In this document: positions 13,935 to 25,945 of the stretch, one piece after another | How the letters are laid out: the number at the start of each line of letters is the position of its first letter | How positions within the stretch are numbered: the stretch's first letter is position 1 | Origin: Octopus vulgaris | Lineage: Eukaryota | Length of the DNA: 64,000 nt | Reading direction: 5' to 3' | Assembly (NCBI GenBank): GCA_951406725.2 | Contig: OX597822.1 | Span: forward strand, 13,206,001-13,270,000 | Program-made: the position numbers and the translations under genes | Notes under the pieces: model-generated | What the model saw: the letters and a program-made list of their open reading frames with translations, nothing else | Databases searched by the model: none | Told to the model about the DNA's origin: nothing

Positions 13935-16211
13935 TATTTCATAAAGTTTTCATATAGACAGTACAAAGAGCTTTGCGGGCTGGACAAACACATTAATGAA
14001 TGAAATGAATTATAATGAATAGATGAATGACGAAACCCAACACCCGCCGATTGGATTTTTCTCGAAAACATTTTTTCTTTTTTTTTATTTTACAATAAAT
14101 ATAAGGTTTCAAACCTTTTACAAGGAGGCACTAAAACCTCTTACTTAACATATTTTCTTTTTTTTTTCTTAAAACACAAAATTGAGGTTATAAACCACTA
14201 CAAAATAGTCCAATAAGCTGAGGTTTCAAACTCTGTAACGAGGGTCTTTCACCTCCTACTCTTCGATATATTCATCGATATATTCATCATTATATTCAGT
14301 GCCGCTTGAGTTCCTGTATCCCGCCATTTTCCATGCCTCACTCACGTAGGACATGTAAGTCGTGTAAGGGCCACCCGGCCATATGCGACACTCCTCCCCA
14401 ACTCCTTTAAGCCTTTCCCACAAGGGAAACCTTATGACCTCCACAGCTATCTGCGGAGGCCATTCGGGATCCCGTATGAAGGGCATATCTACTGTTTCTT
14501 TATGTTCTTCTACTATTTTTTCCACCTCCCCGCCCTTGTAGAAAAGGATAATCAATTGATCATCTTTAAGGGTGGGGGTGGTTTCTTCCACAATGGGTGG
14601 CACAACTTCGGGGCATGCAGTCGGCACATCATCTCCCTGCTGAGATGACCCCTTCTTCTTCTTTCTTTTTTTCTTTTCTTCCTGGCTTCGAGAGAGTGGA
14701 GCTCTTCCGCTTTGTCCGGAGACTCTCCCCGCCTCCCGAAGCCTTAGGTTCCTTCGGCAGGCAACTATTGTTACCCGCCTTCTTCCTTTTTAATCCTTTT
14801 AGAGATGAGGAGGCTGAAGACTCCTCGACCGCATCCACCTTTCTTTTTGACCGGGTAGGGGAGGTGGCATCTGGTATCTGTTCCGGGACCTTACCATGCT
14901 CCTGGGGGCAGTTCCTTTTAATGTGGCCTGGCTGCAGGCACGAGTGACACTTTGGGGGACGTCCCTCAAGTATCACCGGATACCTGCAACCAGCCATTTT
15001 CAAGAAATCTGGAAAAAACAGTTCTGTTGCGGCCGATGGGGTCCACAGGGTCAAAATCGCTTTTGACCCTTCCCAATCGACCGCCGGCAATACCCTTACA
15101 TTTAAGAGCTTGAGCCCGCCATCCCCCAGTCCCCGTCGGATGGTATCTTCAATCCAATCCGCTCCGTGCCTGGGGGCAACCCACATACTCAGGCTCTTAT
15201 TAATTTCCTCCCGCAATATGACTGGGTGAACAGAATTTCCTTGCCTTCTAAAGGCTGACTCGCAAACTAGCGAGCCTTTTCCCCGTTATCAAACAGCAAC
15301 CATTCGGTTGCATGTTTGACACCACAGGATATATATTTTACAGAGGACAAATGTTATTTAAGTTCATTTTTTATGACTTGTTTTGGGAAGACGGTGATGG
15401 AATTAAGAACTTTAGAATACGTTCTAAGTACGACCGTTTTCTCCTCGATATCTTTTAACCATTGCTTAGGCTGGTTAATTTCCCACTCTAAGACAGAGTT
15501 TTTCTTTTTAAGTTCCTTCTCTGCCATGTCAAAAAACAGTTCAAAAGTAGTTCAAAAGACAGTCTGCCAAAAAATTAAACCGAATAAAAATAAAACAAAA
15601 TAAAGGGGAGGGGAGGAAACTGAAATTAAAGTAATGAAAAGAATGAACCAAAAATTTTTAGAAAGAAAGAAATAATAGAAGAAGGGAAAAGTAAAAGAAA
15701 AATCTCACAAATAGCACAGACAGGGAATCCTTTGTATAATACTCCAAAAAGGTAATCCAAATGGCTTATTCTTATTTTTATTTTTTATTTTTTTTTTGTG
15801 AAATACGCACACTAGAATTCACAAGGAGAATTCTCAAACAAAAATTCTTAATTCACCGTTACGGCCAAAATTTAACACAACTGTAAAAAACATTCGAAAT
15901 TTCTTCTAGGTACTTAACAGGAACAACACTATTTTCAAACAATAATTTGGCAGGATACGTCTACCAAACCAATAATTTTCACAATTAAGTGAATAATATT
16001 TTCACTCAGCCTCCGGCAGGCTAGAGCCTGGTGTGGACTTGTTGCTTGTAAAAATAATCTGCAACATACAGCAGGTCCCCACTAGACCCCCCAAATTCTT
16101 ACCTTACGGCTGAGTATTCAAAAGTCTTCAATTTGAGACGGCTTTCAAAAACACGTCTTACATCTTCGGTGTCAAGCACCACACTGATTTGCACATGCGT
16201 AGAAGCAACCT
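13935..16211 (-). mobile_element. ORF1-only (HAL1-like) L1/Tx1-derived non-LTR retroelement with 15-bp TSD
   Basis: TSD gttagcaaactactt (13920-13934) and gtaagcaagctactt (16212-16226). About 680-nt 5' UTR, one gag-like ORF and a 320-nt 3' UTR ending at AATAAA. No RT or endonuclease. Confidence 0.8.
14256..15527 (-). pseudogene. Disrupted L1/Tx1-type ORF1 (gag-like, CCHC zinc knuckle)
   Basis: ATG at 15527 gives MAEKELKKKNSVLEWEINQPKQWLKDIEEKTVVLRTYS. CHSCLQPGHIKRNC zinc knuckle, lysine-rich linker and acidic tail. About 3 stops and 2 frameshifts join ORFs 14629-15216 and 14256-14627. Confidence 0.85.
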
Positions 16212-16309
16212 GTAAGCAAGCTACTTACCACACAGCCACTCCTGCGCCTACATATATACATATATATACATACATATATATATACATATATATATATACA
16301 TATACATAC

Positions 16310-16447
<138 letters not shown>

Positions 16448-16567
16448 TAAAAAGGAATTCCAACCTTGTCTGATTTTCACGTTTTATTTACAATCTTATA
16501 ATGATATAATATAAGATAATATAATAAAATAAAATAAAATAATAGAATGTTAAATGTTCATTCTGAT

Positions 16568-16612
16568 TGAACTAGTACTTTCATGCATTAAATTCTGCAA
16601 TCTTCAGGTCCA
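16568..16612 (-). ncRNA. Minimal type-I hammerhead ribozyme in the Penelope 3' LTR
   Basis: TGGAC-CTGAAGA-T-TGCA(GAATTTAA)TGCA-T-GAAA-GTAC-TA-GTTCA: 5-bp helix I, intact core, palindromic helix III. Confidence 0.85.
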
Positions 16613-17089
16613 TGTAGTAGTGGTGACAGTCATGCTTCACAATTTTTTACTGTAGCGAGATGATTAAATGTGTGCCTTAAATACAGCTGTGTAGGCTCCA
16701 GATTGCTACGTTTTGCAAACTGTATTCTGACCAACCAGTGTGTAGTATCACTCAATTACTTAAGCTGATTGGTTTAGGCGTCACGCTTTGTTGAACATGT
16801 CAAGAGTCCTGTATCTTAACACCTGGCCGAGGCAACAATTGTTGGACTATTTTTAGAAATGTTGTAAATAGCCTTTGTCGGGGATTTTTATATTTCAATT
16901 GTCATCATCATCATTGTCAGCACCTTAATTATTGTTGCTAGTGGTGATGGTGGTGGCAATGGAACTTTTAACCCTAAATAAGATAATTTTCCTGCTATCT
17001 TCATCTTGATCACCTTTAGTATTGTTGTTGCTGTTAGTGGTCATGGTCATAGCAGTAGAAGTAGTACCTCTAAGTATTATTATTATTGC

Positions 17090-17890
17090 TTATTTAGCTT
17101 GAGTTCGAATTTATCAATAAAATTCTTTTCTTTGATTTTCCTCTCGATTTCACTTGGGCTGTGTAATTTGTAGAATGGAAATATTATATATATTTTCCGA
17201 CCACATGTTGCTAGGTGGTTACTCAAAGGTATCTGACGGACCTCTGGGTCTCTAATCTGTTGTCGGTGTACACGTGAGCGTTCTTATAGTGCATTTTCCG
17301 TCTGACCTACATATATTTCTTCACAATTTGGGCATTTGATGCAGTAAATTAAATTTCTGCTTTTGCAGTTCATATTCGCGTTTGTGAATATTTTCCCGGT
17401 TTTTGTCTTCATATATTGGCCGGTATGAATAAATTGAATGGTTGATCTTTTTTTGCTAAGGTCAAACCTTGCCTCTGTTAATAACTTTTTCAAGCTTTTA
17501 AGCTGTCTTTCACTGTGAGTTAAAGTTTGATCTCTAATGATATTTCTCAATTCCTTACTTTGTGCAATGATTGTTAGGTTTGCTTTAGCGATATTGAAGA
17601 TGTTCTGGTGGCACGGGTTGTATGTCACTATAAATGGTATGATTTGTTCTTGTTTTTCTCTTCTTTGTGGTGTCCTCAGTTGTTGTATGGGTATTTTTAT
17701 AGCCCACTGAATACCATTTTCTATAAGTAGGGACGGGTATTTTTGTTTGAGCAGAAATTCTTTCAGTTCCATCAGGCGCTTATTTCTGGTCATTAGATCT
17801 TCTACAATAGTGCAGAATCTTCTGGGTAAGCAGTATGGGATGTTACGTTTTGTATGCGGTGGAAGGCACGATTTAAAATTCAGATATTGG
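17090..17890 (-). pseudogene. Penelope RT C-terminus plus GIY-YIG endonuclease, truncated, with an internal stop
   Basis: ORF 17284-17793 plus in-frame flanks; LIY..C..C...YVGQT motif. Confidence 0.85.
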
Positions 17891-18236
17891 GGTGTAACGA
17901 AGTTGTAGCAACACCTGTTGGCGGTGTCCGAGTATGCCTACAGCCATTGAGCTAAAGCTAGTACGTGTGTGTATGTGTGCGTGCGCACAGGGAGAGATCG
18001 ATGGCTAAAGAGATAGATACATACATGCAAACACATAAACAGTAGTTTCATAATACATTTTTATAACCGTTTACACGTAAAAAGTACTAAACATAACTTA
18101 AAGCATATTTTCAATTAATCTTCTCGTTATATATGTTAAATTCCTTTCAGAAAGAAACGAAGACAGACTACGGGAAGTGAAAGTTATTCTATGTTCATGA
18201 ATACAGTACATACGAGAGACAGACAGAGAGAGGCAA

Positions 18237-18275
<39 letters not shown>

Positions 18276-18383
18276 CATATGTGCGTGTGTGTGTGTGTGT
18301 GTATAAAGGTGTGTATATCTATAATTATCTATATATATATATATATATATATATATCCTTACACCCCTAACACATTTATATAA

Positions 18384-18425
<42 letters not shown>

Positions 18426-18609
18426 ACATAAATATATATATATGTGTGTATACATACGCATATACATATGTATATATATTCATGTATGTATACATGAAAA
18501 TAGACACACACACACACGCTTGCAAAGATGGAAATTTACGCTAATTGAATCTGAAGTTAATACTTTTGTATATTTATGTATTCAATAATATATTTATTTA
18601 TTTGCGCAT

Positions 18610-18644
<35 letters not shown>

Positions 18645-19199
18645 TGCATACATACATTTCATCTGAATTTGTAATATTTCACGATTTTTTTCCCTGATAC
18701 AATGTTTGCTTTCACAGAAAGAAAACCCACAATTAAATCAATTTATATACGTAGAAGTAAAAAAAAAAAAAACAGTCTAAAAAAATCATTTCTTTACACA
18801 TATGCATACTTTCAGAAATATATTTAATCGTATACATGCTTGCATATATGTCGCACTCTTTGAATGAAGCATTGCAGAAAATTGTACTATTTTATGGCAG
18901 TATGTAATATAAACTCCATATAACTCTGTAACAAATAACTATGGCATTTTCAATTTTACACTGCAATTTATGTAAGATTTTTTTTTTTTGCTCGTCTCCT
19001 TTGTTGATATTTGTTGAATAGATACTAAAACGAATAAATAGACAGATATTTGAATACATACTTATAGACACACACGCGCGCACAAACACACACGCATACA
19101 CACACTTGTATGTAGAGAGAGAGAGAGATTTTGAAAGATGGCATGATAGATAATAGACAGGGAGACAGATACATAATACGTACAAACATACATACATAG

Positions 19200-19229
19200 A
19201 CAGACAGATGGACAGAAGGACAGACAGAC

Positions 19230-19276
<47 letters not shown>

Positions 19277-19362
19277 TAGATGGATGGATAGATGGATGGA
19301 TGGATAGATAGATTCACAGACAAACAGACAAGATAGATAGATAGACAGACAGATATATATAT

Positions 19363-19433
<71 letters not shown>

Positions 19434-19672
19434 CACAGACAAGCAGACAAGATAGACAGATAGACAGAGAAATAGACTGACAGACAAAAGATAGATGGAT
19501 AGATAGATAGATACATACATACATACACACATGCATACATACATACATACCTACATACATACATACATACATACATACATACATACATACATACATACAT
19601 ACATACATACATACATACATACATACATACATACATACATACATACATACATACACACATGCATACATACAT
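19200..19672. repeat. Compound (GA)n/(GATA)n/(TACA)n microsatellite
   Basis: Direct observation. Confidence 0.95.
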
Positions 19673-19875
19673 AGGATAGGTAGGTGAAACTATACACTAG
19701 TCGACTGGATTACTCTCTCCTACCAAGTTACTGCTGTGTGTTAATGTAGATTTATAATATAATACGCAATTACTCATAGCGTGCACATGCCTGCTCGCAG
19801 CACATATCTGTCTGTGTGAGAATATGTATGTTTGTGTGTTTTTGTGTGTGTGTACATTCGTATCATATATACATA

Positions 19876-20734
19876 CACGTGGTCTGGTCAATAATTATCC
19901 GGAGTGTTGCCATAGTAAAGTAGCTAAAGGATGCGGAATGAGGCTGCTTAGCACAGATTGATCTGGGACTCTATTGTGCATCAGCTCTAACATTTAACGT
20001 TGTAGCTTACTTCAGCTGTTTACAGCAGTGCTTGTAAGTAACGTGTGTAGCGTGTGATTGTCGCATTGACTATGACAGAGAAAGTTGAGCATCAAAATTT
20101 GCCAGCAGCTTGGCGATACGCGCCCAGAAGCCCATACATAGTTTTCGAAGCGTATTCATCATTCCCAACACAAGATAATCTTGTGCAATTGAAACCCGAG
20201 TGTCTTTTTGGTCAGCTTAAAACTGTTTTCGCACAAGCTTGGCAGACACGCGATGATGGATTGAACTGAGACGTAACTACTCTTCACATCCTCTAATAAC
20301 TCACGGATGGGGATTCGACAATTTCCCCTCACAGCTACACGCAAATCTGCAATGTTTCTCTCAGTTCTGCTAGTTGCAGGTCTCTCTGAACGTTTGTCAA
20401 TATCGACATTTTTTCGGCCATCTTGGAAACGTCTGAAACACTCGTACTAATGTGTGCGGATCATAGACTCCTCTCCATATACTTTCTGCAACTTTGCATA
20501 AGCCTCTGAACAGGACTCACCATTACAACTTTCTCTGTCATGGTCAATGTGACGATCACATGCTCCACGTGACTTCCAAGCACTAATGTAAACAGCAGAA
20601 GTGAGCTAGAACGTCAAAACTTAGTTCGCATGCACAGAAGGTTTCAAGGTCAATCTTTGTCAAGCAGCTTTACATTGCGTGCCTTAGCTTCTATAGTATG
20701 GCCACAGTCTAGATACTTATTGATCAGACCTCGC
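19876..20734. mobile_element. Mariner derivative made of two inverted left (5') ends
   Basis: TIRs ggtctggtcaataattatccgga and its inverse gatacttattgatcagacctcg. Both arms include the transposase start atgacagagaaagtt. The minus arm encodes EAYAKLQKVYGEESM..FRRFQDGRK..RPATS..IREL. Confidence 0.8.
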
Positions 20735-20785
20735 ATATTTGTGTGTGTGTAGAGAGAGAAAAAGAGAAAGAGAGAGCTATATATA

Positions 20786-20819
<34 letters not shown>

Positions 20820-20820
20820 A

Positions 20821-20888
<68 letters not shown>

Positions 20889-21005
20889 GAAGGCATTATT
20901 ATACATACATGCCACACGCTAAGAGGGACAAAATTAGTCATTTCTACCAAAAATTTTACTAATCCCACCGAATGCAATTTTTCAAAGTAAGACATTTAAA
21001 AATAT

Positions 21006-21054
21006 AGACTTGTATCACCTGTGATTTCATACCTCTGTATTCATCAGCAAGCCT
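21006..21054 (-). ncRNA. Type-I hammerhead ribozyme, intact core
   Basis: AGGCTTG-CTGATGA-ATAC(AGAG)GTAT-GAAA-TCA(CAGG)TGA-TA-CAAGTCT: 7-bp helix I, 4-bp helix II, paired helix III. Confidence 0.85.
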
Positions 21055-21250
21055 GGACGTATCATAAATAAACGACCCTACCTCGTCTAAGCCGAGCAGC
21101 TAACTGATCAACATCAACGAAGCACATGGGTGAGTTTACATATATTACATCCGGTAAATGGCAGACTTTTACGAATTGCATTTCGGAAAAGAAAAGTTTT
21201 TTCGGAATAAAAATTTAGCAATTAAGGACAACTTCTTAATATATATATAT

Positions 21251-21421
21251 ATCAAAATAAGCAACAAAGATATCCAGAGGTAATGCAGTACGATCGTTTC
21301 ATGCAACTCCATTTAATTGAACAATGTAATCATTACATCAATTTAAAATGTAGAGCAATATTCAGCTGCATGAAACGATCGTACTGCATTACCTCTGGAT
21401 ATCTCTGTTGCTTATTTTGAT
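21251..21421. repeat. 55-bp inverted repeat (21251-21305 / 21367-21421) of Penelope-LTR-like sequence
   Basis: atcaaaataagcaacaaagatatccagaggtaatgcagtacgatcgtttcatgca and its reverse complement, with 1 mismatch. Confidence 0.9.
21284..21370 (-). ncRNA. Type-I hammerhead with long helix II and one core substitution
   Basis: TGCAG-CTGAATA-(long helix II TGC..GCA)-GAAA-C(GATC)G-TA-CTGCA. Core reads CTGAATA rather than CTGANGA. Confidence 0.7.
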
Positions 21422-21514
21422 TTTAATCGCCCTACTTTGAAATTATATGGATAATACCGTACTAAATTCTGGTGCTTCAACTTCTGGTCGATTGAACAGA
21501 CCCCATTACTAATA

Positions 21515-21820
21515 TTTGTGAGCCTGGTACGTATTTATTCTATCGGTTTCTTTGCTGAATCGCTAATATGCGCGTGCGTAAACACACTCACACTAGTTGT
21601 CAGTCAGTGGAGAAGGACAAACACACAAATACACACACTCATACAAACGCCCCCACACAAATATATATATATATATACATACATACACATATACACTTGG
21701 GCTTCTTCCACTTTCCGTCTATCAAATCCACACACAAGGCTTAGATCGGCACTAGGCTTTAGTAGGAGACTGAATACCGAACCATGTGGTTGGGAAGCAA
21801 ACATCTTCCCATACAGCCAC
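21515..21820 (-). mobile_element. OR2-like SINE (diverged)
   Basis: Similarity to 39570-39900. Confidence 0.8.
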
Positions 21821-22370
21821 TGGTACTTATTTCACCGACCTCAAAATGATAAACGGCAAAGTCGACGTCGGCGGAATTTGAACTCAGAACATAGCGACAG
21901 ACGAAATATGGCTAAGCATTTCCCACGGCGTGCTAACAACTCTGCCACCTCGCCACCTTAATAATAATAATAATAATGGTTTCAAATTTTGCCACACGGG
22001 CAGAAATTTGGGGGGAGGGGATGGTGCGATTACATCGACCCCAGTGTTCAACTAGTACTGGTCTCATCGAACCTGAAAGGATGAGAGACAAAGTCGACCT
22101 CGACGGAATTTGAACTCAAAACCTAGCAGCAGACGAAATACCACTAAGCATTTCGCCCGGTCTGCTAACGATTTTGCCAGCTTGCCGCTTTCCAATAATA
22201 GTAATCATAATTATAATCTTTTCTACTCTATACACAAGGCCCGACATTTTGAAGGAGGAGGCCAGTCGATTAGATCGACCCCAGTACGCAACTGGTACTT
22301 AATTTATCGAAAGGATGAAAGGCAAAGTCGACCTCGGCGGAACTTGTGTTCAAATCGTAAAGACCGAACA
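21820..22370 (-). mobile_element. Three stacked OR1-like SINEs (Deu/Nin-like domain)
   Basis: Recurrent gaaaggatgaaaggcaaagtcgacctcggcggaatttgaactc and gctaagcatttcgcccgg..gctaacgatt; copies at about 21820-21960, 21978-22195 and 22220-22370. Confidence 0.8.
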
Positions 22371-23145
22371 TATGCAGCTATAATAAGTATTTGTAATTTG
22401 GGTGGAAATCTAAGAAATTGGATGATGCGATAAGTCAATTAGATTTGAACAAATGGTTTAATTTCTTTTACATTGTTTTCTTGACAGGGAGACAAGACGA
22501 ATCGAGGAGGGGACAAAAGGTAACACGATTCTATAAATTCTTGAAAGCGTACGTGAAAAATAAACTATTTTCTACACAAAACAGCTGCAGTTCGAAATAT
22601 AAGGAAGCTACAACGGCGCAGAACGCAAATATTCTGGAACAAAAGACTGACAAAATATGCAGGTATAACTAATAGATTTTGGTTATTTAAATGCCGTCCT
22701 GGCCAGAATCTGACAAGTTTGGATATAAGGAAATGTAGGAGAGGTACAAGTTGTATTATAGCCCTCGCCTAATGTGAGAAATAGACGACTTTCCAAAAGT
22801 TTTAACAGACGACTTCATGTTACTCGTAGGATGCTTGCTGAGAATGTGTATCTGCATGCATGTGTGTGTATTTGATTGTTTGTGTGTGTGTGTGTGTGTG
22901 TGTGCGTGTGCATACATCATTCAGGTAAGAGACAGTAAATGCAAATTGCACTGTCCGTAAAGAAGAAGAGGAAATTTATCACGTCAGAATATGAATATAT
23001 ATATACATGCATGTAACCATATATACATATACAAATCTGTCTGTCTGTCTATCTCTCTGTATGTATATATATATATAGAGAGAGACATATATATATACAT
23101 ATATATATACATATATATACATAAATATATAAATATATAAATATG

Positions 23146-23177
<32 letters not shown>

Positions 23178-23264
23178 AATATATACATATATATAAATAC
23201 ATATATATACATATATATATAAATATATACATATATATAAATATAAAGAGATTCATATATATAA

Positions 23265-23365
<101 letters not shown>

Positions 23366-23897
23366 AATATATATACATACATACATACATACATACATAC
23401 ATACATACATACATACATACATACATACATACATACATACATACATACATGCATAGTGACCGTTTATTCCCAGAGCAGGTAATAATATTCGTTGGACAAT
23501 ATAAAATCCGCTCCTAAATCAAAAAAGAACGAGAACAAATTGTATCGATATGCAACATAAATTGAAGCTGAAAAGCACCAAGTGACAATCAATATTGTTG
23601 CCAAAGCCTGTCTGTTATATAACTAACGGAACTCACAGTGTAAAACTGACGGAGCCGAGACATTGTTATTAAATATTAAGTTGGCAAATAATGCCACTTC
23701 ACCATCATTATCAATCTTTTGCAGGCCACAACATTTTGGGAATGGAGGTCGGCAAACTATTAATGTATAAATATTTCTAGATTGGGCTAAATTGTACAGG
23801 GGAGATAAATGGAAAAACAAAAAAAAATTGTCTTCATTGAATTTGAAAAATTGGGTGCAGTTAAAGTAGATGAAGATTGTCGGTGTTGTATAGCTAT

Positions 23898-24170
23898 AAG
23901 TGGTACTCCGTCGGTTGCAACGACGAGTCTTCTATTTGATCTGATCAACAGAGCAGCCTGCTTGTGAAATTAAAGTGCAAGTGGCTGAGTATTCCACAGT
24001 CACATGTGCCTTCTGAGAAGTCTTAGTGAGATTCAGTTTGACACAGAATGTGAATTACTGTTACAACTCTTTTTTGCCAGCTGGGTGGACTGGAGCAATG
24101 TGAACTAAAGTCTCTCGATTAAGGACACTACCCTCCGCTGGGAATCGAACTCATGACCCAACGATTATCA
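23898..24170 (-). mobile_element. tRNA-derived SINE, third family
   Basis: B box on the minus strand (plus gggaatcgaactc); body shared with fragments at 34685-34860 and 46258-46320. Confidence 0.7.
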
Positions 24171-24324
24171 GCTTTCACTATATAGCTGTACAATAGTCTG
24201 TGGCAGAATGGTCAGAGTGACGAACAAATTGTCTTTTTGGTAATTAGAGACATTCCTTTGATGAGTTCCAATCTTGTTGACTGGTAAAACACTAGAGCGC
24301 CATCTGGCGATCTTAACTTCCGAT

Positions 24325-24537
24325 ATCTTTTATCTTTCACTCATTTCATGACTGCCGCCATTCTGGGCCACCGCCTTAAAGAATTTAGTCGAATGAGTCG
24401 TTCCCACTAATTTTTTTCTTTTGAAACCTGGTACTTATACTACCGATCTGCTTTGCCGAACCGCTAAGTTACGAGAACATAAACTCATCAACACCGGTTG
24501 TCAAACAGTGATGGAAGACAAACACATACACCCACAC

Positions 24538-24571
<34 letters not shown>

Positions 24572-24584
24572 CTGTGTCTGTGTC

Positions 24585-24636
<52 letters not shown>

Positions 24637-24750
24637 CGACTGTCTTCTTTGAGTTTCCAACAACCAAATCCATCGCAAGGCTTTGCCCGGCTTCACACTT
24701 GTCCAAAGTGGTTGAGAAGCAAACTTCTTGCCTTACAGGTACGCCTACAC
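24325..24750 (-). mobile_element. OR2-like SINE (diverged)
   Basis: Similarity to 39570-39975. Confidence 0.75.
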
Positions 24751-24913
24751 CTTATAATAATGATGTTTTTGCAACTAATGTATGTTTACAAAAAGATAGT
24801 ATACAATCTGGTGTTTCATAAAAACGTGTAAACATTTAAATAACAAAAAAAACAAAGGCACAAAAAGTTCAAACAAGAAATAATCCCCCACCAAAAAAAA
24901 TGAAGGAAGATAT

Positions 24914-25218
24914 AATTTGTTGTCGATGCACACGCGAGCGTTCTGATAGTGCATTACCTGTCTGGCCAACATAGAGTTCTTCACAATTTGGGCATTTGAT
25001 ACAGTAGATTAAATTTCTGCTTTTGCAGTTCATGTTCGCGTTTGTGAATATTTTCCCCCGGTTTTTTGTCTTCATATATTGGCCGGTATGAATTAATTGA
25101 ATGGTTGATCTTTTTTTGCTAAGGTCAAACCTTGTCTCTGTTAATAACTTTTTCAAGCTTTTAAGCTGTCTTTCACAGTGAGTTAAAGTTTGATCTCTAA
25201 TGATATTTATCAATTCCC
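24914..25218 (-). mobile_element. Second copy of the Penelope GIY-YIG segment
   Basis: Highly similar to 17255-17555; NLIYCIKCPNCEELYVGQTGNALSERSRVHRQQI. Confidence 0.9.
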
Positions 25219-25835
25219 TGACCGTTTGCGCGATCAAGCTCTCCGTCAATCGACAGGCTCATACTCCCAGTAAGTTCATTCCTTTGGACCATTCTTGCCA
25301 CATACACCAAACTTCCAACAAATTTGCTAGAAAGCAGAATTTCCTTCTCTACTTTCATTTTCATTTTCAAGTGAGATTTGAAAAAGTTCAGAAGAGCTTG
25401 GCATAAGGAGTGTGTTGACGGTTCTTTCAATATGGTCCGCCAAGCCTCTTTCATTTAGGCCATCAGACAGATAAATACTGCCTATCATTTGCGGTTAAAG
25501 GTAGACGGCGGGATGATTGACTCAGTAGATTCAGTTGATAGCCGAATCCGTCCCATAGCGACAGCACGTGTTCGACAAAACACCATACCTCAGTAATGCT
25601 CGGGCACTAGACGAGTGCTTGCAGGAGTTTCATCTCTCGATGCGCATCTCGCACGGGCACAGCCGACTGCATTTACATTTCTGCAGAGTCTTACGCGAAC
25701 CGGCTAAGCTCCCCAATTTCTAAACGGCTCCAGTACTTTAAGCGTTTTACATATTCTGTCGCTCTCTTTTGACCATCCGCAAGATAACGAGGCGTAAACA
25801 ATCTGAACCAGTTATCAAGTGGTGCGGGACAACCA
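25219..25835 (-). mobile_element. L1/Tx1-like LINE ORF2 C-terminal fragment (zf-RVT region)
   Basis: CP-C..RDET..ALV*CPSITEVWCFVEHVLS...AVFICLMA..LLNFFKSHLKMKMKVEKEIL; decayed. Confidence 0.7.
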
Positions 25836-25886
25836 TAGACACAAAGACACATATATGTAATTATGATGTGTATTTATATAAACGTA

Positions 25887-25945
<59 letters not shown>

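Larger units (their letters stand above)
13520..16250 (-). mobile_element. OR2-like CORE-SINE split by a 2.28-kb insertion (SINE parts 13520-13934 and 16212-16250)
   Basis: The two parts join into a complete copy matching 39570-39975, with tRNA head taggcgcaggagtggctgtgtggtaag and CORE-like cttgtgcaagtgtcttct. Confidence 0.9.

Noticed and set aside
23460-23820. Possible hAT dimerisation-domain remnant or exon on the minus strand
   Set aside because: Only a vague ASIY..LFS resemblance; not supportable by eye.
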